64,000 nucleotides of DNA from Escherichia coli O127:H6 str. E2348/69 (lineage in GTDB: Bacteria > Pseudomonadota > Gammaproteobacteria > Enterobacterales > Enterobacteriaceae): NCBI RefSeq assembly GCF_000026545.1, contig NC_011601.1; one strand, 5' to 3'. The notes beneath the pieces are model-generated. The model did not search any database. It was not told the origin of the DNA and worked only from the letters and a program-made list of their open reading frames with translations. Below, in pieces: positions 1-12,096 of the stretch; position 1 is the first letter of the stretch; every line of letters begins with the position of its first letter. A program made the translations under genes and the position numbers.

Positions 1-1787
1 TCGGGATTGCGATGGTGCTTTCGGCGGTATTTGTGCCAATGGCCTTCTTCGGCGGCACCACCGGTGCCATCTATCGCCAGTTCTCTATTACCATTGTTGC
101 GGCGATGGTGCTGTCAGTACTGGTAGCGATGATCCTCACTCCGGCTCTGTGTGCCACGCTACTTAAGCCACTGAAAAAAGGTGAGCATCACGGGCAAAAA
201 GGCTTTTTTGCCTGGTTTAACCAGATGTTTAACCGCAACGCCGAACGCTACGAAAAAGGGGTGGCGAAAATTCTCCACCGTAGCCTGCGCTGGATTGTGA
301 TTTATGTCCTGCTGCTTGGCGGCATGGTGTTCCTGTTCCTGCGTTTGCCGACGTCGTTCTTACCGCTGGAAGACCGTGGCATGTTTACTACCTCGGTACA
401 GTTGCCCAGCGGTTCAACCCAGCAACAGACCCTGAAAGTCGTTGAGCAAATCGAGAAATATTACTTCACCCATGAAAAAGACAACATCATGTCGGTGTTT
501 GCCACCGTGGGTTCTGGCCCTGGGGGTAACGGGCAAAACGTGGCGCGAATGTTTATCCGCCTGAAAGACTGGAGCGAACGCGACAGTAAGACCGGCACCT
601 CGTTTGCCATTATCGAGCGTGCAACGAAGGCGTTTAACAAGATTAAAGAAGCTCGCGTTATCGCCAGCAGCCCGCCAGCAATTAGCGGTCTTGGTAGTTC
701 TGCGGGTTTTGATATGGAGTTGCAGGACCACGCTGGAGCGGGTCACGATGCGCTGATGGCAGCACGAAACCAGTTGCTGGCGCTGGCAGCGGAAAACCCG
801 GAGCTAACCCGTGTGCGCCATAACGGCCTCGACGACAGTCCGCAGTTGCAGATTGATATCGACCAGCGTAAAGCTCAGGCGCTGGGCGTTGCTATCGACG
901 ATATTAACGACACACTGCAAACCGCCTGGGGTTCGAGCTATGTGAATGACTTTATGGATCGCGGTCGCGTGAAGAAAGTCTATGTGCAGGCAGCTGCGCC
1001 GTATCGCATGCTGCCAGATGACATCAATCTCTGGTATGTCCGAAATAAAGATGGCGGCATGGTGCCCTTCTCTGCTTTCGCGACCTCACGCTGGGAGACA
1101 GGCTCGCCGCGTCTGGAACGCTATAACGGTTATTCTGCGGTTGAGATTGTTGGGGAAGCCGCACCGGGGGTCAGTACCGGTACGGCGATGGATATTATGG
1201 AATCGTTAGTGAAGCAGCTGCCAAACGGCTTTGGTCTGGAGTGGACGGCGATGTCGTATCAGGAGCGGCTTTCCGGCGCGCAGGCTCCGGCGCTGTACGC
1301 CATTTCCTTGCTGGTGGTATTCCTGTGTCTGGCGGCATTGTATGAAAGCTGGTCGGTGCCGTTCTCGGTAATGCTGGTCGTGCCGCTGGGGGTTATCGGC
1401 GCGCTGCTGGCAACCTGGATGCGCGGGCTGGAAAACGATGTTTACTTCCAGGTGGGTCTGTTAACGGTCATTGGTTTATCGGCGAAAAACGCTATCCTGA
1501 TCGTCGAGTTTGCTAACGAGATGAACCAAAAAGGCCACGACCTGTTTGAAGCGACGCTCCACGCCTGCCGTCAGCGTTTACGCCCGATTCTGATGACCTC
1601 GCTGGCATTTATCTTCGGCGTATTGCCAATGGCAACCAGCACAGGTGCCGGTTCCGGTGGTCTGCATGCGGTGGGTACTGGCGTAATGGGCGGGATGATT
1701 TCGGCCACTATTCTGGCTATTTACTTCGTGCCGCTGTTCTTTGTGCTGGTGCGCCGCCGCTTCCCGCTGAAGCCGCGCCCGGAATAA
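1..1787 (+). CDS. acrD: RND aminoglycoside/multidrug efflux permease AcrD, C-terminal ~591 codons (N-terminus upstream of window)
   Basis: Frame open from window edge to stop at 1785-1787. RND permease TM/porter sequence. K-12-type neighbours ypfM-yffB-dapE follow. Confidence 0.9.
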   Translation, partial: GIAMVLSAVFVPMAFFGGTTGAIYRQFSITIVAAMVLSVLVAMILTPALCATLLKPLKKGEHHGQKGFFAWFNQMFNRNAERYEKGVAKILHRSLRWIVIYVLLLGGMVFLFLRLPTSFLPLEDRGMFTTSVQLPSGSTQQQTLKVVEQIEKYYFTHEKDNIMSVFATVGSGPGGNGQNVARMFIRLKDWSERDSKTGTSFAIIERATKAFNKIKEARVIASSPPAISGLGSSAGFDMELQDHAGAGHDALMAARNQLLALAAENPELTRVRHNGLDDSPQLQIDIDQRKAQALGVAIDDINDTLQTAWGSSYVNDFMDRGRVKKVYVQAAAPYRMLPDDINLWYVRNKDGGMVPFSAFATSRWETGSPRLERYNGYSAVEIVGEAAPGVSTGTAMDIMESLVKQLPNGFGLEWTAMSYQERLSGAQAPALYAISLLVVFLCLAALYESWSVPFSVMLVVPLGVIGALLATWMRGLENDVYFQVGLLTVIGLSAKNAILIVEFANEMNQKGHDLFEATLHACRQRLRPILMTSLAFIFGVLPMATSTGAGSGGLHAVGTGVMGGMISATILAIYFVPLFFVLVRRRFPLKPRPE

Positions 1788-1798
1788 GCAATAAAAAA

Positions 1799-1825
1799 GG
1801 CGACATGCCAATGTGTCGCCCTTTT
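1799..1825. terminator. Bidirectional intrinsic terminator between convergent acrD and ypfM
   Basis: GGCGACA-8nt-TGTCGCC stem flanked by an A-run upstream and a T-run downstream. Confidence 0.75.
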
Positions 1826-1885
1826 CAACTTTCCGATTAAGAACCTGCTCAGCGGGTTCTTGCTGTTTGTACTTTGTCTCAGGAA

Positions 1886-1945
1886 TTACTTACGAAGCAT
1901 AACTTCGATAAAGTCTTTCCAGTTCCCCAGTTCACGTTCAATCAT
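1886..1945 (-). CDS. ypfM: 19-aa small protein YpfM
   Basis: Minus-strand ATG..TAA encodes MIERELGNWKDFIEVMLRK, matching my recollection of K-12 YpfM. Too short for the ORF track. Confidence 0.7.
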   Translation of the reverse strand: MIERELGNWKDFIEVMLRK

Positions 1946-2307
1946 AACAACCTCTCTTATAATTATGGGTATTCTACGGAAACAATATACCGTGGTGAAG
2001 CTAATTTACTCGATTGCTGTGATGACTACCTCCGGGGGACAAACCTTATGTAAATACTATGGTCCTGCGGTGATGATTTGTATGTGATGCACCGCAACAT
2101 TTCGAGATATTCATACGGCATCTAATACTGATTTAATTCTGGTTAAAATACAGACAGATAACAAGATGAATATTCTTAATGTTTACGTTAAAAATGTTTA
2201 ATGTTATTTAATGGTTGTTAATTTGAATACTTCGATAATGTTATATTTCCTGATAATCATTTGCAGGCAAAATGTTTTCACCTTTAAATGAGTATTTATT
2301 CTCATAA

Positions 2308-2682
<375 letters not shown>

Positions 2683-2685
2683 TCT

Positions 2686-3813
2686 ATGTCGTGCCCGGTT
2701 ATTGAGCTGACACAACAGCTTATTCGCCGCCCTTCCCTGAGTCCTGATGACGCAGGATGCCAGGCTTTGTTGATTGAACGTTTGCAGGCGATCGGTTTTA
2801 CCGTTGAACGCATGGACTTTGCCGACACGCAGAATTTTTGGGCATGGCGTGGGCAGGGTGAAACGTTAGCCTTTGCCGGGCATACCGACGTGGTGCCGCC
2901 TGGCGACGCCGACCGTTGGATCAATCCGCCGTTTGAACCCACCATTCGTGATGGCATGTTATTCGGGCGCGGTGCGGCAGATATGAAAGGCTCGCTGGCG
3001 GCGATGGTGGTAGCGGCAGAACGCTTTGTCGCACAACATCCCAACCATACGGGACGACTGGCATTTCTGATCACCTCTGATGAAGAAGCCAGTGCCCACA
3101 ACGGTACGGTAAAAGTCGTCGAAGCGTTAATGGCGCGTAATGAGCGTCTCGATTACTGCCTGGTCGGCGAACCGTCGAGTATCGAAGTGGTTGGTGATGT
3201 GGTGAAAAATGGTCGTCGCGGATCGTTAACCTGTAACCTTACTATTCATGGCGTGCAGGGGCATGTTGCCTACCCACATCTGGCTGACAATCCGGTACAT
3301 CGCGCAGCACCTTTCCTTAATGAATTAGTGGCTATTGAGTGGGATCAGGGCAATGAATTCTTCCCGGCGACCAGTATGCAGATTGCCAATATTCAGGCGG
3401 GAACGGGCAGTAACAACGTTATTCCGGGTGAACTGTTTGTGCAGTTTAACTTCCGCTTCAGCACCGAACTGACTGATGAGATGATCAAAGCGCAGGTACT
3501 TGCCCTGCTTGAAAAACATCAACTGCGCTATACGGTGGATTGGTGGCTTTCCGGGCAGCCATTTTTGACCGCGCGCGGTAAACTGGTGGATGCGGTCGTT
3601 AACGCGGTTGAGCACTATAATGAAATTAAACCGCAGCTACTGACCACAGGCGGAACGTCCGACGGGCGCTTTATTGCCCGCATGGGGGCGCAGGTGGTGG
3701 AACTCGGGCCGGTCAATGCCACGATTCATAAAATTAATGAATGTGTGAACGCTGCCGACCTGCAGCTACTTGCCCGTATGTATCAACGTATCATGGAACA
3801 GCTCGTCGCCTGA
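2686..3813 (+). CDS. dapE: Succinyl-diaminopimelate desuccinylase
   Basis: 375-aa M20 peptidase family ORF ([15 protein letters not shown] motifs). Conserved synteny. Confidence 0.95.
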
Positions 3814-3840
3814 TGAGTGGTTCTGCAAGAGGAAATAAGC

Positions 3841-4041
3841 ATGGACTGGCTGGCTAAATATTGGTGGATTCTGGTGATTGTCTTTTTGGTAGGCGTCCTG
3901 CTGAACGTGATTAAAGATCTCAAGCGCGTCGACCATAAGAAATTTCTCGCCAACAAGCCGGAGCTTCCCCCGCATCGTGATTTCAACGATAAATGGGACG
4001 ATGACGACGACTGGCCGAAAAAGGATCAACCGAAGAAGTAA
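3841..4041 (+). CDS. ypfN: UPF0370 small membrane protein YpfN (66 aa)
   Basis: Internal ATG of track ORF 3817..4041 gives [18 protein letters not shown]... (one TM helix plus acidic tail). Length matches K-12 YpfN. Confidence 0.8.
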
Positions 4042-4047
4042 GCTAAG

Positions 4048-4110
4048 TGGCCGGATAAGGCGTTAACGCCGCATCCGGCCATGATGCCTGATACGGTCTT
4101 ATCAGGCCTA
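4048..4110. repeat. REP/BIME element (two REP units)
   Basis: GCCGGATAAGGCGTTAACGCCGCATCCGGC and GCCTGATACGGTCTTATCAGGCCTAC imperfect palindromes in the ypfN/ypfH convergent intergenic region. Confidence 0.8.
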
Positions 4111-4121
4111 CCCGGCTATTA

Positions 4122-4820
4122 TTACATCATTTCAATCACATCATCATCGCCAGGCTTACCGCCGCTTAGCGCTTCGTCGAAATAATGTTTCGGAATGGTA
4201 TAACGCAAGTGATCCAGGGCTAATTGCATACTGCGATTGTCGATCGCATGGCCTAAATCCTCCACGATATCCAGCGTCACATCGCCACCGGCACTGATTA
4301 ACGCTTCCTGCGCCGCAACCGCATGCGCCAGATCGATAACCGGATCTTCACCGCCATGAATCAAGTGAATTGTTGTGGCTGTAGACGCGGTTTCCGGCAG
4401 GCTCGCGTAGCGTCCGTTGAAGGCAATGACGCGCGAAGCAAGGCCCGGTTCGGCTTTAATGCTCTCCAGCGCCATAATCGCGCCTTGTGAGAAACCGATT
4501 AGCGCCGTGGCATTAGCCCCTACTCCGCTTTGTTTCTGCCAGTAGCGCACCGTCTCAATAAACGTCGGCATGATAGCATCCACACGCGCCTGGCGATTAT
4601 CTTCCGTAATACCCTGCACCGAAAACCACTGACGCCCCGCCGGATTACCGCTCGGCTCCGCGCCACCGACACTCACCACCAGCGCATCAGGAAACAGCGG
4701 CGCAAACCAGCTGCCTATTTCCCCCATTGCCACCGGGTTATCCCCGACACCGTGGAAAAGCAGTAACAACTGTTGTGCTGGTTTATCCGGGCTTTGAACA
4801 ACAAAATGGTCATGTTTCAT
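4122..4820 (-). CDS. ypfH: Esterase/alpha-beta hydrolase YpfH (232 aa)
   Basis: Start taken at MKHDHFVVQ (9th codon of track ORF). Serine hydrolase GFSQG motif. Confidence 0.9.
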   Translation of the reverse strand: MKHDHFVVQSPDKPAQQLLLLFHGVGDNPVAMGEIGSWFAPLFPDALVVSVGGAEPSGNPAGRQWFSVQGITEDNRQARVDAIMPTFIETVRYWQKQSGVGANATALIGFSQGAIMALESIKAEPGLASRVIAFNGRYASLPETASTATTIHLIHGGEDPVIDLAHAVAAQEALISAGGDVTLDIVEDLGHAIDNRSMQLALDHLRYTIPKHYFDEALSGGKPGDDDVIEMM

Positions 4821-4893
4821 GGCGAACTCCTTAACTGATGTCATTAATTTTACGCCGCTGACTCACAATGACCATGGGAGAAAATTGAAGGAG

Positions 4894-6909
4894 TCAGTGA
4901 AAAAATTGCCATTGCGTTATGCGATCGCGCAGACGCTCAGTGCGAACATCATCAAGTGCGAATAGCGCCTGCGCGGCCTCTTCCCGCTGGCGAACCAGTA
5001 ACAGCTTACGGCCTGAAAGTTTAAGTGTGGTACATAACTGCGCGTCACTGGCGTTTTTCTGTAAACGCCCACGCAGCGCCGGTAATGCCAGTTCGCTGGT
5101 TTGTAACAGACGCATTAAGCAACCTAACGACGTTAATAGCGGACGATGAGCGAAAGCAAAACCGGCCAGTTCAAGCCAGTCGTCGTCAGAAAGGACGGCA
5201 TCGTTTAGTGGATCAACAGGAAGCATTTCGCCATTCCACTGCGCGAGAACTTGCGCATCGCGACGTAAACGGTAATGCTCACGTTCAGCCAGCTGTTTAC
5301 CCGCATCACTCATCGGTAACAGCGCCATCGCCGTATAGCAACCGCTGCTGGCTTCACGATGATTACCCATTCGCACCAGCACAAAACCGCAGCGTTGCCA
5401 GAAACGCCATAATTCCCCGGTGTAACCAAAACTCACCGAAAGATAGTCGAGGTCCTGCGTATATTGCAAAGCACCAGCAATAAGTTGCCGCCCTGTGCCT
5501 TCCCGCTGACGCGCCGGATGAACTGCTATCCGGCTGACCCGCCGTCCACGCAATGTCGCTGCCAGTGGATTGCTGCCGTGCGCCGCCAGCGACTGGGCCA
5601 CCAGATTACCCCGTGGACGACGATAACCCGCCCATACCGCCTGACTGAGTTCTTGAGATAATCCACCCTCATCCACCAGCCACAGCGCTCCGGCAATCTC
5701 GTTTTCGCCAGCCGCCTGTAAAAAATGTTGACCTGGTGCATCCATCATGCGGCGTAAATCCAGCGGCGAAGTCCGGTAGTGCGCACCAGACAATAATTGA
5801 TAAACCTTTAACGGCGTTTCTGGCTCGCTTCGCCATAACGTCTGTTCAAATGCGGAAATAACGATATTGCCTTGTGGTGTATGGGTGAAGTTTTCATCGT
5901 CAAACACCAGTGCCTCACTAACCATTTTTTCCAGCGGGCATCCCTGCGCCCAACGGATCGGCTGTTGTAGTTCAAAACGGTGTAAATGCGGAAAGCGAGC
6001 GCAAAATTTCAGCAAAAAACCACGTCCGGTGCCTTCGTAGCCCTGCACCGTAGTGGTTAACAACGTTCGAGGAAAACGCGATACCAGTTGATGCAACAAC
6101 GGCGCAGGTATAGCTGCGGCTTCATCGACCACCAGCCAATCGGCTTGCTCATCGCTGGCTAACAAGGCATCCGGTGCAATAAAGCGAAACTTCTCGCCCG
6201 CAAATTGTGCCAGTACATCCGTTGCCGCTTTTGCGGGCGCGGTGACAATCGCACTGCCCGCAATACGAGAAATGAGTTGCCCTGCCAACGCCGACTTACC
6301 GCGCCCACGCGCAGCAGTTACCGCTGCCACGCCCGGCGGCATGGTCAGTAGCTGCTGTAAGAGTTGCTGTTGTTCTGGTTGTGGTGCGCCGGTAGCGGGG
6401 TGCCAGTCAGTACGGGGAGTAAAATGCGCCAACGAGAACGGCTGGTTTTGCCGCCAGAGGATGGCGTCGTTATTCGCCGTAAGTACACGTTTGAGGTGCA
6501 GGACAAAATGCGGCGTCGCAATAGGGTCAGGGCAATCACTCCAGCGCAGCGAGTCGGCATCAGGTTGGTTTTCCCACTCATCCCATACAGGGAGTAACAA
6601 CACCAGCCAGCTTCCCGCTTTCAACGTTCCGCTAAGTGCCGCAAAGGCAGCGGCATCAAAGCCGTGGCGGGCGTCGAATACCGCATGCCGGAACTCGCGC
6701 CCAAGTAAAGTTTGTAGTGCCGAGGGAGAACAGTGGTTTTCAGCATCTGGCTGCGGCGAAATCCACAGCCAGTCGCCAGGTAAGGCATCACGCAACTTAA
6801 GCGCATGATCAAAACACCAACGCTCTTCCCCGCTCAACACCAGCAAGCGGCGGATCCCTTCACGTTTCATTTGCGCTGTTAATGTGTGAAGCGCAGTCAG
6901 TTCAGCCAT
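4894..6909 (-). CDS. tmcA: tRNA(Met) cytidine acetyltransferase TmcA
   Basis: 671-aa ORF with Walker A (ARGRGKS) helicase-like domain plus C-terminal GNAT domain. K-12 synteny (ypfI). Confidence 0.93.
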   Translation of the reverse strand: MAELTALHTLTAQMKREGIRRLLVLSGEERWCFDHALKLRDALPGDWLWISPQPDAENHCSPSALQTLLGREFRHAVFDARHGFDAAAFAALSGTLKAGSWLVLLLPVWDEWENQPDADSLRWSDCPDPIATPHFVLHLKRVLTANNDAILWRQNQPFSLAHFTPRTDWHPATGAPQPEQQQLLQQLLTMPPGVAAVTAARGRGKSALAGQLISRIAGSAIVTAPAKAATDVLAQFAGEKFRFIAPDALLASDEQADWLVVDEAAAIPAPLLHQLVSRFPRTLLTTTVQGYEGTGRGFLLKFCARFPHLHRFELQQPIRWAQGCPLEKMVSEALVFDDENFTHTPQGNIVISAFEQTLWRSEPETPLKVYQLLSGAHYRTSPLDLRRMMDAPGQHFLQAAGENEIAGALWLVDEGGLSQELSQAVWAGYRRPRGNLVAQSLAAHGSNPLAATLRGRRVSRIAVHPARQREGTGRQLIAGALQYTQDLDYLSVSFGYTGELWRFWQRCGFVLVRMGNHREASSGCYTAMALLPMSDAGKQLAEREHYRLRRDAQVLAQWNGEMLPVDPLNDAVLSDDDWLELAGFAFAHRPLLTSLGCLMRLLQTSELALPALRGRLQKNASDAQLCTTLKLSGRKLLLVRQREEAAQALFALDDVRTERLRDRITQWQFFH

Positions 6910-6923
6910 CCCTGCCCCGGAAG

Positions 6924-7787
6924 TTAAATGCTTTTACCAAAAGTATTGCATTGTGCCGGATCGCCGCTGTCGAAACCACGTTTAAACCAGCTGTAGCGTT
7001 GCTGAGAAGTGCCATGAGTGAAACTGTCTGGTACTACTCGCCCCTGACTTTGCTGTTGTAAACGGTCATCGCCGATGGCCTGCGCCGCGTTCAGCGCCTC
7101 TTCCAGATCGCCAGTTTCCAGAACACCTTGCTGCTGCATACTATGCCCCCATACACCGGCAAAACAGTCGGCCTGGAGTTCCATACGCACAGATAAGCGG
7201 TTTACTTCCGCCTGCGTCGCGTTTTGTTGCAGTTGACGAACTTTCGGCTCGATGCCTAGCAGTTTCTGCACATGATGACCGACTTCATGAGCGATAACGT
7301 ACCCCTGGGCAAAATCGCCATCCGCGCCAAGTTTGTCTTTCATGTCATCATAGAAGGAGAGATCGATATAAACTGTGCCATCCGCCGGGCAATAGAATGG
7401 CCCCATAATGGACTGTCCCGCCCCGCAGCCGGTACGCGTCATTCCACGGTACATGACCAGCTTCGGTTGCTGATAGGTTTTACCCATCTTCTCGAATTGC
7501 TGTCCCCAGGTGTCTTCCGTGGTTGCCAGAATCACCGAGGTGAATTTTGCGGCTTCGTCTTCATTAGGGCTAATTGACCGCGTTGATTGCTGTTGGGAAA
7601 CCGGCTGTCCGGTCATCAACCCGGTTAAATCAACGCCATAGTAGCCTGCAACCAGCACGACTATCAGTAAAATCAGCCCGCCTTTACCGCTTGGCAGGCG
7701 AAAACCGGGACCGCCCATAGACGGACCACCAGAGCTGTTGCGCCTGTCTTCAACATTGTCACTTTCACGTCGCCCTTGCCAACGCAT
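6924..7787 (-). CDS. ypfJ: Putative zinc metalloprotease YpfJ
   Basis: 287-aa ORF with N-terminal TM helix and HEVGHH zinc-binding motif. Confidence 0.9.
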
Positions 7788-7954
7788 AGATACCTCAACA
7801 TTATATTCATTATAGAAATGATCGTAGGTGGTTCAGAGGAAGATTACCACAGGAAAGCGGGATGAAATGGCGGAGGAATGAGCGTTCAATGCACATCTTA
7901 TGAGAGCGGTTGTCTTGCCGTGCCAGCAGCACGGCAAGATGATGAACAGAAAAA

Positions 7955-8668
7955 TCAGTCCAGCTGTACACCCAGGCGGCGGGCAACGGCTTCATAGGCT
8001 TCGATCAGGCCACCGAGGCTCTGTCGGAAACGGTCTTTGTCCATTTTCTCCAGCGTTTCTTTGTCCCACAGGCGGCTGCCGTCCGGGGAGAACTCATCGC
8101 CCAGAACCACTTCGCCTTTGTACAGACCAAACTCCAGCTTGAAGTCGACCAGAATCAGACCTGCATCATCGAACAGTTTTTTCAGCACGTCGTTCGCTTT
8201 GTAGGTCAGCTCTTTCATACGCGCCAGATTCTCTTTGCTCACCCAGCCAAAGGTTTCGCAGTAAGATTCGTTGACCATCGGATCGTGCATGGCGTCGTTT
8301 TTCAGGAACAGATCGAACAGTGGCGGGTTCAGCTCAATACCTTCTTCGATTCCAAGACGTTTCACCAGAGAGCCAGCAGCACGGTTACGCACGACACACT
8401 CAACCGGCACCATATCCAGCTTTTTCACCAGACATTCGGTATCGGAGAGCAGACGCTCCATTTGAGTCGGGATACCCGCTTCAGCCAGTTTGCTCATAAT
8501 GAAGTAGTTGAACTTGTTGTTCACCATACCTTTGCGATCAAACTGCTCAATGCGCGCGCCATCCCCTGCTGACGTATCATTGCGGAATTCGAGCACCAAC
8601 AGGTCCGGGTTTTCCGTGCTGTATACGGTTTTCGCTTTACCACGATACAACTCAGCTTGCTTTTGCAT
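7955..8668 (-). CDS. purC: SAICAR synthetase
   Basis: 237 aa from [18 protein letters not shown] (4th codon of track ORF). PurR box upstream. Confidence 0.96.
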
Positions 8669-8720
8669 CTTTATCACTCCTGGGTGTGAATTAACGTTTT
8701 AAAATCTTTTGCTGTCTGGT

Positions 8721-8770
<50 letters not shown>

Positions 8771-8821
8771 CCGACAAACAAATTTCGTGCGAATTACCGC
8801 TAAAATCGCGTTTTTCTGTCG

Positions 8822-8837
8822 ACGCACACGTTTGCGT
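8822..8837. promoter_or_regulatory. PurR operator (PUR box) of purC
   Basis: ACGCACACGTTTGCGT matches the palindromic PUR box consensus ACGCAAACGTTTGCGT at 15 of 16 positions. Lies upstream of purC. Confidence 0.7.
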
Positions 8838-8880
8838 ATCATATCAGAAAAAAGGGCCGGATGACTCCAGCCCTGTATTT

Positions 8881-9915
8881 TTACTTGCTAAACGCAGCCT
8901 GGAAGACAGCTACCAGCGCGTCGTTCTGACTCTGAGTCAGAGTATGACCTTTCGGATCGATGAACTGTAGGCTGCTGCGGTTATCTAAATCGCCAACCTG
9001 CAGTTTATAGTCACCGGATGCCAGACCTGGATCGCTCGCGCCCAGTTCGTGCCATTCGCTGTCAGACAGCGGCTTATAAGTTACGGCCATGTTGCCCTGC
9101 GAACGGGTGCTGTCGGTCACTTTCATGCCCACTTTTTCCAGCGCAGCTGGCAGACGTTGCCAAACCACATTGAACGGCCCGCGTACGACCAGCATTGGTA
9201 AACCGGTGTCATCAGCTGCACTTTGTACGTCCATAGTGGTGGAGGCACGATTTTGCGCAGCGTTCGCGGCGTCAGTGGCAGATTTATCCAGACCGGCGGA
9301 AATAACGTTCATCATCTCCGTGCTGTAACGCTGCATAGAAGCCGCGTCTGCAACCGGTTTGCCCGCCTGTTCCAGGTTCAGCAGTTTAACCGTAACCGCC
9401 TGCTGATAACCCTGCGGCTTAACAGAGATTTGATAACGACCACGATACTGCTCGTCTTCGTCCAGACGGTTCCATTGTACCCAATCGGTGGTCAGTGTCT
9501 GACCAGCATCATCACGTTGGGTGATGGTGTAGTTTTTCGCCTGCAGCACGCTAACCACCTGCGGCCACAGAGTATTACCACGACCATTTTCCACCAGCAA
9601 TGAAGCGGTATCGCCCGTGAACTGGGTGCGCGCGCCAGAAACCAGTGCCAGCGGCTGGGCTGGTGGACGAATGTCCAGCGCCTTACCGACGGCACCACTA
9701 CCGTTGGTCACCGGGATTGCATAATCGCCGGAGGTCACCGGCAAGATCATTCCAGCCGGGGCATGAAGCTCCGCAAGCGGTGCCGCTTCCAGGTAGGCTT
9801 CATCACCACTGACCTGACGCTTATAGCGTGAGTCAGAACTACAGGCAGCGAGTAATAAAACAAGCGAAACACCCGCAACCTTTGCCAGGCGCGACTTTTG
9901 AACAGAGTAAGCCAT
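8881..9915 (-). CDS. bamC: Outer membrane protein assembly lipoprotein BamC (NlpB)
   Basis: 344 aa from [12 protein letters not shown].. with lipobox LLAAC. Downstream of dapA as in K-12. Confidence 0.95.
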   Translation of the reverse strand: MAYSVQKSRLAKVAGVSLVLLLAACSSDSRYKRQVSGDEAYLEAAPLAELHAPAGMILPVTSGDYAIPVTNGSGAVGKALDIRPPAQPLALVSGARTQFTGDTASLLVENGRGNTLWPQVVSVLQAKNYTITQRDDAGQTLTTDWVQWNRLDEDEQYRGRYQISVKPQGYQQAVTVKLLNLEQAGKPVADAASMQRYSTEMMNVISAGLDKSATDAANAAQNRASTTMDVQSAADDTGLPMLVVRGPFNVVWQRLPAALEKVGMKVTDSTRSQGNMAVTYKPLSDSEWHELGASDPGLASGDYKLQVGDLDNRSSLQFIDPKGHTLTQSQNDALVAVFQAAFSK

Positions 9916-9931
9916 CAAATCTCCCTAAACT

Positions 9932-10810
9932 TTACAGCAAACCGGCATGCTTAAGCGCCGCTCTGACCGTCTCACGACCACTGTCGGTGATTGGTGTCAT
10001 TGGCAGGCGCAGCGTATCGGTCGCCACAAGACCCAGTTCCTTACATGCCCATTTCACCGGGATTGGATTGGGTTCGACAAATAGTTTGTTGTGTAATGGC
10101 ATCAGACGCTGATTAATAACGCGTGCCTCGGCAAAATGCCCTTCTGCTGCCAGTTTGCACATCTGGGCCATATCACGCGCTGCGACGTTAGCCGTAACGG
10201 AAATAACCCCATGACCGCCTAATTGCATGAAGTCCAGCGCGCTCGCATCATCGCCGCTCAGCAGAACAAAATCATCTGAAACCAGCTCTTTGATCTGGTT
10301 TACACGCGTTAAGTTCCCTGTTGCCTCTTTGATTCCGATAATATTTTTTACTTTCGCCAGACGGCCCACCGTTTCCGGGAGCAGATCGCAGCCAGTACGG
10401 GACGGCACATTATACAGAATTTGCGGCAGGTCAGTATGTTCAGCGATGGCTTTGAAATGCTGATACAAACCTTCTTGCGACGGACGATTGTAGTAAGGGG
10501 TTACCGTCAGGCAGCCGACGATACCGCTGTCATTGAAGCGCTGCGTCAGGCTAATGGCTTCCGCAGTAGCGTTAGCACCGGTCCCGGCAATCACCGGAAT
10601 GCGCCCGTCAGCCAGCTCCAGCGTCATCATCACCACATCAGCATGTTCGTCATGATTTAAGGTAGCGGACTCGCCAGTGGTGCCAACAGAAACGATCGCC
10701 GAAGTACCGCTGGCGACATGATAATCAATCAGTTTTTTCAAGCTAGCCCGACAGACATTACCTTTTTCATCCATCGGAGTAACAATCGCGACAATACTTC
10801 CCGTGAACAT
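9932..10810 (-). CDS. dapA: 4-hydroxy-tetrahydrodipicolinate synthase
   Basis: 292 aa from [13 protein letters not shown] (7th codon of track ORF). Class I aldolase family. Confidence 0.96.
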   Translation of the reverse strand: MFTGSIVAIVTPMDEKGNVCRASLKKLIDYHVASGTSAIVSVGTTGESATLNHDEHADVVMMTLELADGRIPVIAGTGANATAEAISLTQRFNDSGIVGCLTVTPYYNRPSQEGLYQHFKAIAEHTDLPQILYNVPSRTGCDLLPETVGRLAKVKNIIGIKEATGNLTRVNQIKELVSDDFVLLSGDDASALDFMQLGGHGVISVTANVAARDMAQMCKLAAEGHFAEARVINQRLMPLHNKLFVEPNPIPVKWACKELGLVATDTLRLPMTPITDSGRETVRAALKHAGLL

Positions 10811-10955
10811 GGGCCATCCTCTGTGCAAACAAGTGTCTCAATGGTACGTTTGGTATGGCATTAAAAGCAAGCAGACAGAACCGTTCTGATTGTTGTATGC
10901 ATGTTTTTTTTATGCTTTCCTTAAGAACAACTCACCCCTTGAAGGAATAACCAGT

Positions 10956-11528
10956 TTGACACTGTCATCGCAACATTATCTGGTGATCACTGCGTTGGGT
11001 GCCGATCGCCCTGGAATAGTGAACACCATCACCCGTCATGTCAGTAGTTGCGGCTGTAATATTGAAGACAGTCGCCTGGCGATGCTGGGAGAAGAGTTCA
11101 CGTTTATCATGCTGCTTTCCGGTTCATGGAATGCCATTACTCTGATTGAATCAACGTTACCGTTGAAAGGTGCCGAATTGGATCTTTTAATCGTGATGAA
11201 ACGGACAACAGCCCGTCCGCGTCCGCCCATGCCAGCATCGGTCTGGGTTCAGGTCGATGTGGCCGACTCTCCGCATTTGATTGAACGCTTCACAGCACTT
11301 TTCGACGCGCATCATATGAACATTGCGGAGCTGGTGTCGCGCACGCAACCTGCTGAAAATGAACGGGCTGCGCAGTTGCATATTCAGATAACTGCCCACA
11401 GCCCCGCATCTGCGGACGCAGCAAATATTGAGCAAGCGTTCAAAGCCCTATGTACAGAACTCAATGCACAAGGCAGTATTAACGTCGTCAATTATTCCCA
11501 ACATGATGAACAGGATGGAGTTAAGTAA
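10956..11528 (+). CDS. gcvR: Glycine cleavage system transcriptional repressor GcvR (TTG start)
   Basis: 190 codons from TTG at 10956 (LTLSSQHYLVITALGADRPGIV, tandem ACT-like domains). Stop overlaps the bcp start. Confidence 0.88.
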   Translation: MTLSSQHYLVITALGADRPGIVNTITRHVSSCGCNIEDSRLAMLGEEFTFIMLLSGSWNAITLIESTLPLKGAELDLLIVMKRTTARPRPPMPASVWVQVDVADSPHLIERFTALFDAHHMNIAELVSRTQPAENERAAQLHIQITAHSPASADAANIEQAFKALCTELNAQGSINVVNYSQHDEQDGVK

Positions 11529-11998
11529 TGAATCCACTGAAAGCCGGTGATATCGCACCGAAATTTAGCTTGCCGGATCAAGACGGAGAACAAGTTAATT
11601 TGACCGACTTCCAGGGACAGCGTGTTCTGGTTTATTTCTACCCGAAAGCCATGACCCCCGGCTGTACCGTACAGGCCTGCGGCTTACGCGATAACATGGA
11701 TGAGTTGAAAAAAGCGGGCGTTGATGTGCTGGGTATCAGCACCGATAAACCCGAAAAACTCTCCCGTTTTGCGGAAAAAGAGCTGCTTAACTTTACGCTC
11801 CTGTCTGATGAGGACCACCAGGTGTGCGAACAATTCGGCGTCTGGGGTGAAAAGTCCTTCATGGGCAAAACCTACGATGGTATTCATCGCATCAGCTTCC
11901 TGATTGACGCTGATGGCAAAATCGAACATGTCTTTGACGATTTCAAAACCAGCAATCACCACGACGTTGTGCTGAACTGGCTGAAAGAACACGCCTGA
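11528..11998 (+). CDS. bcp: Thiol peroxidase / peroxiredoxin Bcp
   Basis: 156-aa AhpC/TSA family ORF with the peroxidatic Cys motif PGCT. Confidence 0.95.
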   Translation: MNPLKAGDIAPKFSLPDQDGEQVNLTDFQGQRVLVYFYPKAMTPGCTVQACGLRDNMDELKKAGVDVLGISTDKPEKLSRFAEKELLNFTLLSDEDHQVCEQFGVWGEKSFMGKTYDGIHRISFLIDADGKIEHVFDDFKTSNHHDVVLNWLKEHA

Positions 11999-12096
11999 TT
12001 ACTTTGCTCCATTCCGTGCTGGCTGCGCTTGCGGCCAGCACATCTCACATCTTCTCACTGCCCTGCAACACTCGTTTCAAATTTTTTCGCTGAAGG

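Noticed and set aside
1860-2087. 75-aa plus-strand ORF in the acrD-yffB intergenic region
   Set aside because: It has no RBS and an AT-rich regulatory-looking context, and it overlaps the recognisable ypfM small gene on the opposite strand.
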